64,000 nt of DNA, from contig DAOQAK010000011.1 of assembly GCA_035353855.1 (NCBI GenBank), positions 10,406 to 74,405 of the forward strand, read 5' to 3'. Under the pieces are notes generated by a model. The model did not search any database, had not been told where the DNA came from, and was given only the letters and a program-made list of their open reading frames with translations. This DNA is from Bacteroidales bacterium (lineage in GTDB: Bacteria; Bacteroidota; Bacteroidia; Bacteroidales; CG2-30-32-10). The translations under genes and the position numbers were made by a program. This document shows, in pieces, positions 41,423-51,337 of the stretch (the first letter of the stretch is position 1; the number at the start of each line of letters is the position of its first letter).

Positions 41423-41634
41423 AAAAAAATTTAAGATGCAGGTAAAATAATTCATAATATTCTCATTGAACAATAGTGAATTTATAATTGGTTTGTTTTA
41501 TCAATAGCTGACAGGTTTGGGTTTGTAACTGGTAATTTTTAATAAGAAATATTTTCTTTCAAAAATTGGATTTGGTTCAGGATAAATAAAACTCATTACT
41601 TTTTTATAACTTCGCAAAAAATAAATTTTACTTT

Positions 41635-43392
41635 ATGTTACGTACACACACTTGCGGGGAATTGACAATAAAAAATGTCGGGACAAAAGTTACGCTTTGC
41701 GGATGGATACAAAAATCGAGAGATTTAGGAGGTATGACTTTTATTGATTTGCGCGACCGTTACGGAATTACACAACTTGCTTTTAATATGGATACCCATG
41801 CTGCATTATGCGAAAAAGCTAGAGCTATGGGGCGTGAATTTGTGATTAAAGCAAATGGAACTGTAATAGAAAGAAGCAGTAAAAATTTAAAAATTCCTAC
41901 TGGCGAAATAGAGATACTTGTTGATGAACTGGAAGTTTTGAATGAATCGAAAACACCTCCTTTTACTATTGAAGATAATTCGGATGGTGGTGATGAGTTG
42001 CGAATGAAATACCGTTACCTTGACTTACGCAGAAATGTGATAAAGAAAAACATGGAACTGCGTCATAAAATGGCAATAGAAACCAGGAACTACCTGAATT
42101 CGCAAGGCTTCATGGAAATAGAAACACCTTATATGATTAAATCCACACCCGAAGGTGCCCGCGATTTTGTAGTGCCTTCGCGTATGAATCCCGGACAGTT
42201 CTATGCTTTGCCGCAGTCGCCGCAACAGTTTAAACAATTACTGATGGTTGCGGGTTACGACCGCTATTACCAGATTGTACGATGTTTTCGTGATGAAGAT
42301 TTGCGTGCCGACCGTCAACCGGAATTTACGCAGATTGATTGTGAGATGGCTTTTATAACCCAGGAAGATATATTGAACACGTTTGAAGGATTGGCAAAAT
42401 ATCTTTTCAAAAAGGTAAAGAATCTTGAGGTGAATAAATTTCCTCGTATAAGCTATGCCGATGCCATGAAATATTATGGCAATGATAAACCCGATATTCG
42501 TTTCGAAATGAAATTTGTTGAACTGAATGATGTTGTTAAAGGAAAAGGATTTAAAGTTTTTGATGATGCCGAACTTGTGGTAGGTATTTGTGCAAATGGT
42601 TGCGGGGAATATACACGTAAGCAATTAGACGAACTTACCGAATTTGTAAAACGTCCGCAGGTAGGCGCAAATGGAATGGTATATGTAAAATGCAATAACG
42701 ACGGAACTGTAAAATCGAGCGTTGATAAATTTTATAATGAAGAAGAATTAAAAAAATGGATGGCCGCATTTGATGCAAAGCCTGGCGATTTATTGTTGGT
42801 GCTTGCTGGTAAAACCGAAAAAACACAAAAAGCGCTTAGCGAGCTTCGTCTTGAAATGGGCAACAGACTTGGTTTGCGTAATCCTGAAATTTTTGCTCCG
42901 CTATGGGTTACCGATTTTCCTTTACTGGAATGGGATGAAGAAACCAATCGTTTTTATGCAAAGCATCATCCTTTTACTTCGCCTAAACCGGAAGATATTT
43001 TACTGCTTGACACAAACCCTGCGGAAGTGCGCGCCAATGCATATGATATGGTAATTAATGGTGTTGAAATTGGCGGAGGTTCTATAAGAATTCATAATAA
43101 GGATTTACAGAAAAGAATGTTCAAGGTACTTGGATTTACTGATGAAGAAGCGCAGAACCAATTTGGATTTTTAATGAATGCTTTTGAATATGGTGCGCCG
43201 CCTCATGGTGGTATTGCTTTTGGTTTCGACCGCTGGTGTGCTGTTTTCGGTGGTTCTGATTCTATTCGCGATTTTATTGCATTCCCGAAAAATAATTCAG
43301 GGCGCGATGTGATGATTGATTCTCCTTCGGTAATCTCACAGCAACAGTTAGATGAACTTGAAATTCAATTAAAAATTAAAACGAATTCATAA
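41635..43392 (+). CDS. aspS: Aspartate--tRNA ligase
   Basis: 585 aa. OB-fold N-terminus, class II motifs ([38 protein letters not shown]). Confidence 0.97.
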   Translation: MLRTHTCGELTIKNVGTKVTLCGWIQKSRDLGGMTFIDLRDRYGITQLAFNMDTHAALCEKARAMGREFVIKANGTVIERSSKNLKIPTGEIEILVDELEVLNESKTPPFTIEDNSDGGDELRMKYRYLDLRRNVIKKNMELRHKMAIETRNYLNSQGFMEIETPYMIKSTPEGARDFVVPSRMNPGQFYALPQSPQQFKQLLMVAGYDRYYQIVRCFRDEDLRADRQPEFTQIDCEMAFITQEDILNTFEGLAKYLFKKVKNLEVNKFPRISYADAMKYYGNDKPDIRFEMKFVELNDVVKGKGFKVFDDAELVVGICANGCGEYTRKQLDELTEFVKRPQVGANGMVYVKCNNDGTVKSSVDKFYNEEELKKWMAAFDAKPGDLLLVLAGKTEKTQKALSELRLEMGNRLGLRNPEIFAPLWVTDFPLLEWDEETNRFYAKHHPFTSPKPEDILLLDTNPAEVRANAYDMVINGVEIGGGSIRIHNKDLQKRMFKVLGFTDEEAQNQFGFLMNAFEYGAPPHGGIAFGFDRWCAVFGGSDSIRDFIAFPKNNSGRDVMIDSPSVISQQQLDELEIQLKIKTNS

Positions 43393-43452
43393 GTAATTTG
43401 CTTTTGGAATAATTTTTGTCTTTTATACAGATATATCAAAATAAATTGAATT

Positions 43453-44268
43453 ATGAAAAAGATTGCTTTCATTCTTGTTGTTCTTATTGGATTTTCGGCA
43501 CTTAATGTTTCTTCGCAAACATTGCGAACGGTTACAAATAAAGCTTTTAAAAGAGGTGAAGCTCTTCGCTATAAAGCATATTATGATGCAATACTAACAG
43601 GAAAAGTTGTAGCAGGTGAAGCCGACCTTGAAGTGAAAAATGAAAACAAAGTTGTTGCCAATCGTAATACTTATCATATTGTTGGTTTGGGTTTAACTAA
43701 AGGGACTTTTAATTTCTTTTACAAAGTTGTTGACCGTTACGAAACGTATCTTGATGAAGAAGCATTAATACCTTGGATATTTATTCGCAGGGTGAATGAA
43801 GGAGGTTATAAAATAAGCCAGGATGTTACTTTTAATCAATTCAAAAAAACAGCAACAACGGTAAATAATAAAAACAATACAACAACAAATTCAATAGTTC
43901 CCGAAAATATTCATGATATTATTTCGTTATTTTATTATGCAAGGACAATCGATTTTAATAGCGCTAAAATAGGACAGGAATTCCCTCTGCCTTTCTTTAT
44001 TGACGATAGCATATATACTTCAAAAATTATTTACCAGGGAAAGGAAAATATTACCATTGGTTTGGGAAAATACAAAGCAATTAAATTTAAACCCAGTGTT
44101 GCAACAGGCAATGTATTTGATGATCCTTATCCTATGACCATGTGGGTTACTGATGATGAAAATCATGTTCCTTTGTTGGCTGAGTCGGAAATATTGGTTG
44201 GAAAAGTTAAGCTGGAGCTAATAAAATATTCAGGACTAGCAAATAAAGAAACTTCAAAAATAAAATAA
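43453..44268 (+). CDS. Secreted hypothetical protein (DUF3108-like)
   Basis: 271 aa. Signal peptide. The family assignment is from recollection of size and pattern only. Confidence 0.55.
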   Translation: MKKIAFILVVLIGFSALNVSSQTLRTVTNKAFKRGEALRYKAYYDAILTGKVVAGEADLEVKNENKVVANRNTYHIVGLGLTKGTFNFFYKVVDRYETYLDEEALIPWIFIRRVNEGGYKISQDVTFNQFKKTATTVNNKNNTTTNSIVPENIHDIISLFYYARTIDFNSAKIGQEFPLPFFIDDSIYTSKIIYQGKENITIGLGKYKAIKFKPSVATGNVFDDPYPMTMWVTDDENHVPLLAESEILVGKVKLELIKYSGLANKETSKIK

Positions 44269-44424
44269 CGTTAAAATTTCTTTGTTAAAATAAAGAATAA
44301 TATAAAACAACATATGTATTATTGCATTTCAAGTGGTGTATTGTTTTCAAATAAATGGATAAGCAACCTTGTATTTTATTTCTCGTCTATGTAATCGGTT
44401 ATTTATGGAAATAATTTATTAGGT

Positions 44425-45699
44425 ATGAAAAACATTATTATCATTCTGACTTTAGTATTAAATTTCACAATATCATTCGGGCAGCATCAAACAAAACGAG
44501 TTTTATTTCTTGGTAACAGTTATACCTACGTAAATAACCTTCCCCAGGTGATTGCCGATGCAGCGCTTTCAAATTCCGATACATTAATTTTGATAGCAAT
44601 ACCCCGGTGGTTATACATTACAGGACCATTCAACAAATACAAATTCATTAAGTAAAATTGCAACAGGCAGCTGGGATTATGTAGTATTACAGGAACAAAG
44701 CCAGCTACCTTCATTTCCGATAGAGCAGGTTGATACAGAAGTTTTTCCTTTTGCTCATAAATTAGACAGTATCATTAATATTTACAACCCCTGTAGCGAA
44801 ACCGTATTTTATATGACATGGGGAAGAAAGAATGGCGATGCTTCCAATTATGCCTCGTGGCTGCCCGTATGCACATATACAGGAATGGACAGTCTTTTAA
44901 ATTCGCGATACCGTATGATGGCCGACAGCAATAATGCCATACTTTCTCCTGTAGGCGCAGTGTGGCATTACCTGAGACAGAATTTTCCATTAATGGAATT
45001 ATATCAAACAGATGAAAGTCATCCATCGGTTGCTGGCACTTATGCTGCTGCCTGTAGTTTTTATGTTACACTGTTCAGAAAAGATCCGACGCTTATTACG
45101 TATAATTCATCATTACCCGATTCTGATGCGGTAAAAATCAAAAATGCCGCCAGGTTAATGGTGTACGACAGCTTTGCGAAATGGTACATTGGCGAGTATG
45201 ACCCATTGGCCGCATTTAATTACTTTATTTCAGGTGTAAATCAAATTACGTTTACAAATAGTTCTGTAAATACAACTACATACAACTGGAACTTTGGCGA
45301 TGGCGATACCACATCAGCAGCAAATCCAACACATCAATATGCAACCGCAGGATTATACTCTGTAACTCTTATCGCAACTAAATGTAAGTATAGCGATAAC
45401 ATTACTCAAACCATAAATGTTAATAACTCAGGTATTCAAAATCAGGGGAAAGAAAATTTAAATGGAATATTTATCCTAATCCTGCAACAACTAAAATTAT
45501 AATTGAGCAAAACTTTTCTTACGAATTAAAATTTAAAATATATGATTTTACAGGCGCTGAAATCCTTAACGGAAAAATAAATGAACAAGCCACACAAATA
45601 GATATTTCAATGCTTTCCGAAGGTTTTTATTTTCTGCAACTTTTCAACAACAACAAATCCGTAGGGCAAATAAAATTTGTTAAGGAAAGTAAACAGTAA
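44425..45699 (+). pseudogene. Frameshifted SGNH/DUF4886-like hydrolase - PKD - T9SS CTD protein
   Basis: The coding signal jumps frames. 44425-44655 gives signal peptide plus LFLGNSYTYVNNLPQ. From about 44596 to 45502 a second frame gives PGGYTLQDH...MTWGRKNGDAS...PKD NWNFGDGDT. From about 45457 to 45699 a third frame gives KFKWNIYPNPATTKIIIEQ...GFYFLQL...KFVKESKQ*. The breaks sit beside short homopolymers. Confidence 0.8.
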
Positions 45700-45841
45700 A
45701 ATAATTTCAAATTACGAACGCTGCATTCTTAATTCAGAATTACTTCTTTGACCAAAAACTTTTACAGCATATTGGATTATATTTTATATTTACTGCCCGG
45801 TAAAAATTAAAAAAATATTTACCTGATGATATAAATATTTT

Positions 45842-47605
45842 ATGGTAAAGAAATCAAATCAAAATAAAGCTCAAGTTAAAACAAAATCTTCATCTTCTAA
45901 AATAATAGATTTTAATTACGATAAATATAAAGCAGCGAATGCCAATAAATTTTTGATTATAGCTATTTTATTATTTTGTATTTTTCTTTTAAGTGTTTTC
46001 AAAAATATTTCTTATCCGTTATTTTGGGCTGATGAAGGCATGACTGCAATAGGTTCTGAAAGAGTTCTTGAATATGGATACCCAAAAGTTCACGACGGGA
46101 AAAATGTTTTCTACGATCTTAAACACAGTAATCCCAAATTAGGCATCAGCGAAAAAGATGATGCTTATGTAGGAGGCACCGGCTGGGGGCAATATTATTT
46201 TGGAACAATAGGGTATTTACTTGCCGAGGAAACAGATGACATTTATTTAAAAACTGCACTTTACCGGACAACCTTTGCTATTATAGGAATACTGGGATTA
46301 TTGTTAATTGGTTTTTTTATTTCAAAAATTTTTCCTGATAATTTTTCACGATTTGCTTTTATAACGCTTTTCTTATTACTTGAATTGATGTCGGTTTCAT
46401 TAGCAATGTTATTAAGGGAAGCAAGGTATTATTCGCTGGTAATGTTTCTTTCGTGCTTGATTATTGGCATGTATTCAAGTTTTCGTTTTTACAAACCATT
46501 TAATAAAATAGTTTTTATTTGTATTGAATCAATTGCGTTGTGGATGCTTTTCTTTACATTCTCGCCGGTTTATTTTATTATTATTTTAACTGTTGCAATT
46601 TCAGAATTGATAATTTTTGTTTATCAAAGTTTTATTTCGGGATTTATTTCTTCGGCAAAAAAAGCGCTGCCAGTAATTTGTTCTTTAGCCATTGCATTGA
46701 TTGGTGTTTATCCGTTTCTTTCCTATTTTAAAACATTTGAAATATCAAAGGCCATGAATGAATTTTGTGGTTATAACAATCTTATGTATTGGGATAATTT
46801 TAAAATTGTTTTTGATTATTTTAAAAAATTCGAGTTGCTGTTTTTTGCAATAATATTGAAAATATTTTTAGTGTTCCATATTAAAAAAATATTAAATAAA
46901 AAATCGGCACTATTTTATATTTCCAATTTTCTGACATTGTTTTTTATTGTTTTTATATTTGCTATCGGACGAATCCCTAATTTCATTTATACCCGCTATA
47001 TCATATACCTGCAGCCAATCCTGGCTATTATAATTATTCTTGATTTTTTTATGATTTTAAAAGAATATTCGGTAAACAGTACAAAACTTATTAATACTAA
47101 AATGATGATACTCATTATACTTTTTGCAGGAATGTATATTTTTTCTTTATCGAAAAATATGAAATATATTAAAGGACACATTTATGAAATGAGCCATCAA
47201 TACAAGGGCCCGCTCGATTATACCATTCCATATATACAGGAAAAATTTCCTAAACCCGACACACTGGTTATTGCTGCCAATTACGAAGAGCCATCGTATA
47301 TGTATTATTTAAAAAGTAAGGTAATAATTGGTTTTACGGGAAACAACCTTGCTGAAGATTCATTGGTTACTCCTGATATTATTGCTTACCGGAAAACATG
47401 GAATAATTATGAGAAGGTATTTAATGGCTTTCTTATGAAATCGGAATATGAAAAAATCTCATTTCCTGTGTACGATGGTTGTGTGAATAACATTCCTGAA
47501 TTGAACTTTAAGCCAATGTTCAATCATAAATTCAAAATACTATTTCCTGAAAACGACGATTTTGCGGCTTGGTTATTTGTAAGAAAAAAACTATTTCAAC
47601 ACTAA
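45842..47605 (+). CDS. Polytopic membrane protein, possibly GT-C fold (ArnT/PMT-like) glycosyltransferase
   Basis: 587 aa, more than 10 TM helices. An acidic WADEG motif in the first extracytoplasmic loop is reminiscent of GT-C enzymes. The functional call is weak. Confidence 0.5.
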   Translation: MVKKSNQNKAQVKTKSSSSKIIDFNYDKYKAANANKFLIIAILLFCIFLLSVFKNISYPLFWADEGMTAIGSERVLEYGYPKVHDGKNVFYDLKHSNPKLGISEKDDAYVGGTGWGQYYFGTIGYLLAEETDDIYLKTALYRTTFAIIGILGLLLIGFFISKIFPDNFSRFAFITLFLLLELMSVSLAMLLREARYYSLVMFLSCLIIGMYSSFRFYKPFNKIVFICIESIALWMLFFTFSPVYFIIILTVAISELIIFVYQSFISGFISSAKKALPVICSLAIALIGVYPFLSYFKTFEISKAMNEFCGYNNLMYWDNFKIVFDYFKKFELLFFAIILKIFLVFHIKKILNKKSALFYISNFLTLFFIVFIFAIGRIPNFIYTRYIIYLQPILAIIIILDFFMILKEYSVNSTKLINTKMMILIILFAGMYIFSLSKNMKYIKGHIYEMSHQYKGPLDYTIPYIQEKFPKPDTLVIAANYEEPSYMYYLKSKVIIGFTGNNLAEDSLVTPDIIAYRKTWNNYEKVFNGFLMKSEYEKISFPVYDGCVNNIPELNFKPMFNHKFKILFPENDDFAAWLFVRKKLFQH

Positions 47606-47673
47606 AATAATTTTTTTTAAAAATGTGTTGATTATATTTTAACTTTACTGGATGATAATTTGAGATAATATAT

Positions 47674-48594
47674 ATGACAGTAAGATTAGCAAAACCATTT
47701 TTAAAGTGGGCGGGTGGGAAAACTCAGTTAATTAAAGACATTGAGAAATCATTGCCTTATAAAATGACCAATACTGATTTCATTTACATTGAACCTTTTG
47801 TTGGCAGTGGTGCTGTTTTATTTTGGATGCTTAATAACTTTCCGAATTTAAAAAAAGCAATTATCAATGATATTAACGAAGACCTCATAAACACATATAA
47901 TATAATTGCATCAGAACCTAAAAAATTAATATCTTTTCTTAAAGTTTTTCAAAACGAATTTCATTCATTAGAAAATAACCCTGAAAAGAAAAAAATTTAT
48001 TATTACCAGAAACGAGAATTGTATAATTCCAGAAATACTGATATTATTACTCAAGCAGCATTATTTATTTTTTTAAACAGAACTTGTTTTAACGGGCTTT
48101 ATCGGGTAAATAAAAATAATTTATTTAATGTTCCAATGGGTTCATATAAAAAACCCACTATTTGTGATGAAGAAAATATATTAGTTGTTAGTAAAGCACT
48201 ACAGAAAGTTGAAATTCTCAGCGGCGATTTTGAACAAACATTAAAATATGCTAAAGAAAATTCATTCTTTTATTTCGATCCACCATATAAACCATTAAGC
48301 AATACTTCAAGTTTTAATTCATATGCAAAAGATGATTTTAATGACGATGAACAAATACGTCTTAGAAACTTTTGTATAAAAATTGAAAAGCAAGGACATA
48401 AATGGATGCTCAGTAATTCCGATGTTAAAGGAAAAAACATCAACGATAATTTTTTTGATGATATTTATTCTGATTTTTTAATTTCAAGGGTCAAAGCCAA
48501 AAGAAACATCAACGCAAATGCTGATAAACGCGGACAATTAAATGAATTGTTAATTACAAATTACAACTATGAACAAACTTTGCGCACTGCTTAA
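47674..48594 (+). CDS. Dam/DpnM-family N6-adenine DNA methyltransferase (GATC class)
   Basis: 306 aa. PFLKWAGGK, EPFVGSGAV (SAM motif) and FYFDPPY (catalytic DPPY). Confidence 0.93.
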   Translation: MTVRLAKPFLKWAGGKTQLIKDIEKSLPYKMTNTDFIYIEPFVGSGAVLFWMLNNFPNLKKAIINDINEDLINTYNIIASEPKKLISFLKVFQNEFHSLENNPEKKKIYYYQKRELYNSRNTDIITQAALFIFLNRTCFNGLYRVNKNNLFNVPMGSYKKPTICDEENILVVSKALQKVEILSGDFEQTLKYAKENSFFYFDPPYKPLSNTSSFNSYAKDDFNDDEQIRLRNFCIKIEKQGHKWMLSNSDVKGKNINDNFFDDIYSDFLISRVKAKRNINANADKRGQLNELLITNYNYEQTLRTA

Positions 48595-49468
48595 TCTGAA
48601 TAACGACGATGAGCTTTTCGATAAAATTACGCAAAGCTTTAAAGAAAAAATTACTACTTGGGATTACTTTGTAAATTGGAAAAAAGTTCTTATTAATGTT
48701 GAGCTATTTGAGAAAGAATTAAATATACTTAACTATTTAATTGGAAAAACTAATTTACGTGAAGAAGCATATAATTTAATAAATAAATATCCCGAGGTAA
48801 TAAGGGCAATTCCTACGTTATTGGCTATTAGAGAAGGTGCATTAGAAATTCTTATTGATTCTAAAAATTTTAAATACAAAAATTTAAACTTTTTTGATCT
48901 GAATATAGACAAGGAAGAATTGAATAACTATGTTGATTTTATTATAAATACAGGATTAGGTGAAATCTTATCTGACAGGAAAATAAAAAACCTTGTTGAT
49001 TATGTTACCGGTGTTGAAGTTGGGTTGGATAGCAATGGCAGAAAAAACAGAGGTGGCACTTTAATGGAAGGCTTAGTGGAAGTTTTTGTTTCAGAAACCT
49101 GCCAAAATTTAGGATTAGAATATATGTCTCAAGCCTCGTCAGAGAAAATTAAAAAACAATGGGGGTTAGAAGTTGTAATTGATAAATCATCAAGGAAGCT
49201 TGATTTCGCAATAAATAAAAAAGGAAAACTTTATTTTATTGAATGCAATTTTTATGGAGGAGGAGGTTCAAAACTAAAATCAACCGCAACAGAATATATA
49301 GAAATGAACCGATATTGGAATAAACAAGGAATTGAATTTATTTGGATTACCGATGGTGCCGGTTGGCGATCGACTTTAAAACCTTTAAGAGAATATTTTG
49401 ATAAAGCAGATTATTTGCTGAATTTAGAAATATTGAAAGATAGTATATTAAATAAAATTTTACATTAA
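48569..49468 (+). CDS. DpnII/MboI-family type II restriction endonuclease (GATC)
   Basis: 299 aa. Block NLVDYVTGVEVGLDSNGRKNRGG...FIECNFYGGGGSKLKSTA...FIWITDGAGW is nearly collinear with my recollection of R.DpnII (NLVDYVTGVEVGMDTNGRKNR...EVNFYSGSGSKLNETA...FMWITDGQGW). Overlaps the MTase gene by 26 nt. Confidence 0.9.
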   Translation: MNKLCALLNLNNDDELFDKITQSFKEKITTWDYFVNWKKVLINVELFEKELNILNYLIGKTNLREEAYNLINKYPEVIRAIPTLLAIREGALEILIDSKNFKYKNLNFFDLNIDKEELNNYVDFIINTGLGEILSDRKIKNLVDYVTGVEVGLDSNGRKNRGGTLMEGLVEVFVSETCQNLGLEYMSQASSEKIKKQWGLEVVIDKSSRKLDFAINKKGKLYFIECNFYGGGGSKLKSTATEYIEMNRYWNKQGIEFIWITDGAGWRSTLKPLREYFDKADYLLNLEILKDSILNKILH

Positions 49469-50334
49469 TGGCTTGTAAAAAAGAACATAAAGAATCAGAT
49501 TTAATTATAAAAGACTTACCTATTAGTCAAGGAGGATTTGGAAGACATAAATGTGCTTGTTGTGCTTATGAAAAAGGAGTAGAAAATGGTAATAAGAGAA
49601 TTTTAAATTTTAATCTAGAAGATTTTATTTCAAATTTAGAAGAAAGTCAAAAAGGCAATCAAAGACATAAAAGTGCTGTAGAAGCATATACACTGGGGTT
49701 TTTTCATGGATTAAATGGGTCAAACAATCATCTCGTCATCAAAGATAGACAGAGAATGGCTAATCAAATGAGAGATTTTGGTTTATATATGGTTGCTAAA
49801 GGAGTTGTTAATGCTACTTTCTCTGAACAAGGAAGTCCATATTCATATGCGATGGGAGTAGTTCATGTTGCAAACGGCTTTGAGATATTAATAAAAGCTA
49901 AAATAGTTGAGGAACATCCTTTGTTAGTTTTTAATAAGATACCAAAAGAAACGAATATTGTTGATGGCAATATTAAATTTGAAGATCTTCTTGAGCATGG
50001 ACAAACAATAATGTATTCCGAATTACCTGATAGGCTATGGGCAACAACTGGTTATAAAATAACACCAATTAACCTTTTTAACGAATTTGGCAAAATAAGA
50101 AATCAAATAATTCATTTTGCGGTACCTGAAATTCCACTTAGTGACCTTACTCTTAATTTTACATTTCAAATAATAGAAAAAGCTATTAATGAATGGTGGG
50201 GTACAACTATACTTGAATATGCACAAGAATATGATGAAGATTATTGTGAATATGTTTTTGAAGAATTGAAAAGATTAAATATTACAATTAATTATAAGCT
50301 TAACGAAAATGGAGATTTAGTTAAGAAACAATAA
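49468..50334 (+). CDS. Uncharacterised protein, candidate HEPN-like (RNxxxH) effector with duplicated N-terminal RHK motif
   Basis: 288 aa. The ATG overlaps the endonuclease stop (TAATG at 49466-49470). GRHKCACCAYEKG (aa 25-37) and QRHKSAVEAYTLG (aa 65-77). RNQIIH at aa 211-216 (50098-50115). Confidence 0.8.
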   Translation: MACKKEHKESDLIIKDLPISQGGFGRHKCACCAYEKGVENGNKRILNFNLEDFISNLEESQKGNQRHKSAVEAYTLGFFHGLNGSNNHLVIKDRQRMANQMRDFGLYMVAKGVVNATFSEQGSPYSYAMGVVHVANGFEILIKAKIVEEHPLLVFNKIPKETNIVDGNIKFEDLLEHGQTIMYSELPDRLWATTGYKITPINLFNEFGKIRNQIIHFAVPEIPLSDLTLNFTFQIIEKAINEWWGTTILEYAQEYDEDYCEYVFEELKRLNITINYKLNENGDLVKKQ

Positions 50335-50423
50335 ATCTTGAACCATATTTTAAACCCCAAGATAAAGACATATATTTTCTACATGGAGACACAATGGAGC
50401 TTTTACCATGGTTTGAACATATA

Positions 50424-51026
50424 CTAATCCAAATACCATAAAAGGGAATTAACCTCTTTAAATTTTTTATGTTTTTTGTTTTCGTAATTGGTGTATTTAG
50501 CTGCTGGAGGTTGTCTACTACATACACTCATACATAAATTATCTATTTCTTTTGAACTATCAATGAACTGTCTAATCCAACCCTGATAAAATAATGTAGG
50601 TGGGTCATAATGACTTTCTCCTGTATAATTATAATCTTGCTCTATTATAAATAATTGGCTTAGTACTGCAATTATTGATATTGGGTTCAGCTCATGTTCA
50701 AATTCTTCTTTTCGCAATGATTTAATAGCATCGATAGGATCTTCACGATAAAATATTTTATCAAATGCTATTAAAAGTTTATTCTTTAAATCGGGTCTTG
50801 AACGAACTCTTAAATGTAAATCAATCATAACTCTAAGATGATTGGGTCTAAACTCCCTCTCCCCTTCTTTTATAAAAATCTGGAAGTTTTTCTTAATATC
50901 ATAATTCTTAAACTCTTTGTTTGGTCTTACCACAAATATTTCTGTCCCTTGGTCTCTATGGAAAACAGTTGGTGTTTCAAATTTGATTTTTTTTATTTTT
51001 CCAAAAATTTCTTTATAGTTAGCCAT
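50424..51026 (-). CDS. Uncharacterised 200-aa protein co-transcribed with a C-protein-like regulator (possible restriction endonuclease or toxin)
   Basis: The ATG at 51026 directly follows the TAG of the HTH gene. No motif recognised. Confidence 0.7.
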   Translation of the reverse strand: MANYKEIFGKIKKIKFETPTVFHRDQGTEIFVVRPNKEFKNYDIKKNFQIFIKEGEREFRPNHLRVMIDLHLRVRSRPDLKNKLLIAFDKIFYREDPIDAIKSLRKEEFEHELNPISIIAVLSQLFIIEQDYNYTGESHYDPPTLFYQGWIRQFIDSSKEIDNLCMSVCSRQPPAAKYTNYENKKHKKFKEVNSLLWYLD

Positions 51027-51242
51027 CTATGTAAAATTTAATAATTTAGAAACACTTATGTTAAAGGTTTTAGCAAAAGCTTCAATATTTCTTAATGACA
51101 AATTTCTTTCGCCTCTTTCAATCATCCCTATATATGTTCTATGAAAACCTGTTTTATCAGCAAGTTCTTCCTGGCTCCAACTTTCTTTAAGTCGCAATTC
51201 TCTTATCCGACTACCAAACTTTTTTACAATATCATTTTTCAT
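51027..51242 (-). CDS. XRE-type HTH regulator resembling R-M controller (C) proteins
   Basis: 71 aa from ATG 51242. RIRELRLKESWSQEELADKTGFHRTYIGMIERGERNLSLRNI matches the C-protein signature (S-Q-E-x-L-A...H-R-T-Y-x-G-x-x-E-R-G-x-R-N-x-S-L). Confidence 0.85.
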   Translation of the reverse strand: MKNDIVKKFGSRIRELRLKESWSQEELADKTGFHRTYIGMIERGERNLSLRNIEAFAKTFNISVSKLLNFT

Positions 51243-51264
51243 CTTGCAAAAATGAAATTTTATA

Positions 51265-51333
51265 TACAAAAAGTCTACATACAATTAGTATCATTTTAAT
51301 TTTATTTATATATTTGCAAAACTAAAAAGTCAT
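51265..51333. promoter_or_regulatory. Candidate control region: two AAAAAGTC repeats plus overlapping face-to-face TAnnTTTG boxes
   Basis: AAAAAGTC at 51268-51275 and 51324-51331. Plus-strand TATATTTG at 51309-51316. Minus-strand TAGTTTTG (plus strand caaaacta) at 51317-51324. The minus-strand reading ATGACTTTTTAGTT resembles a GACT...AGTC C-box half-palindrome. Confidence 0.35.
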
Positions 51334-51337
51334 ATAT

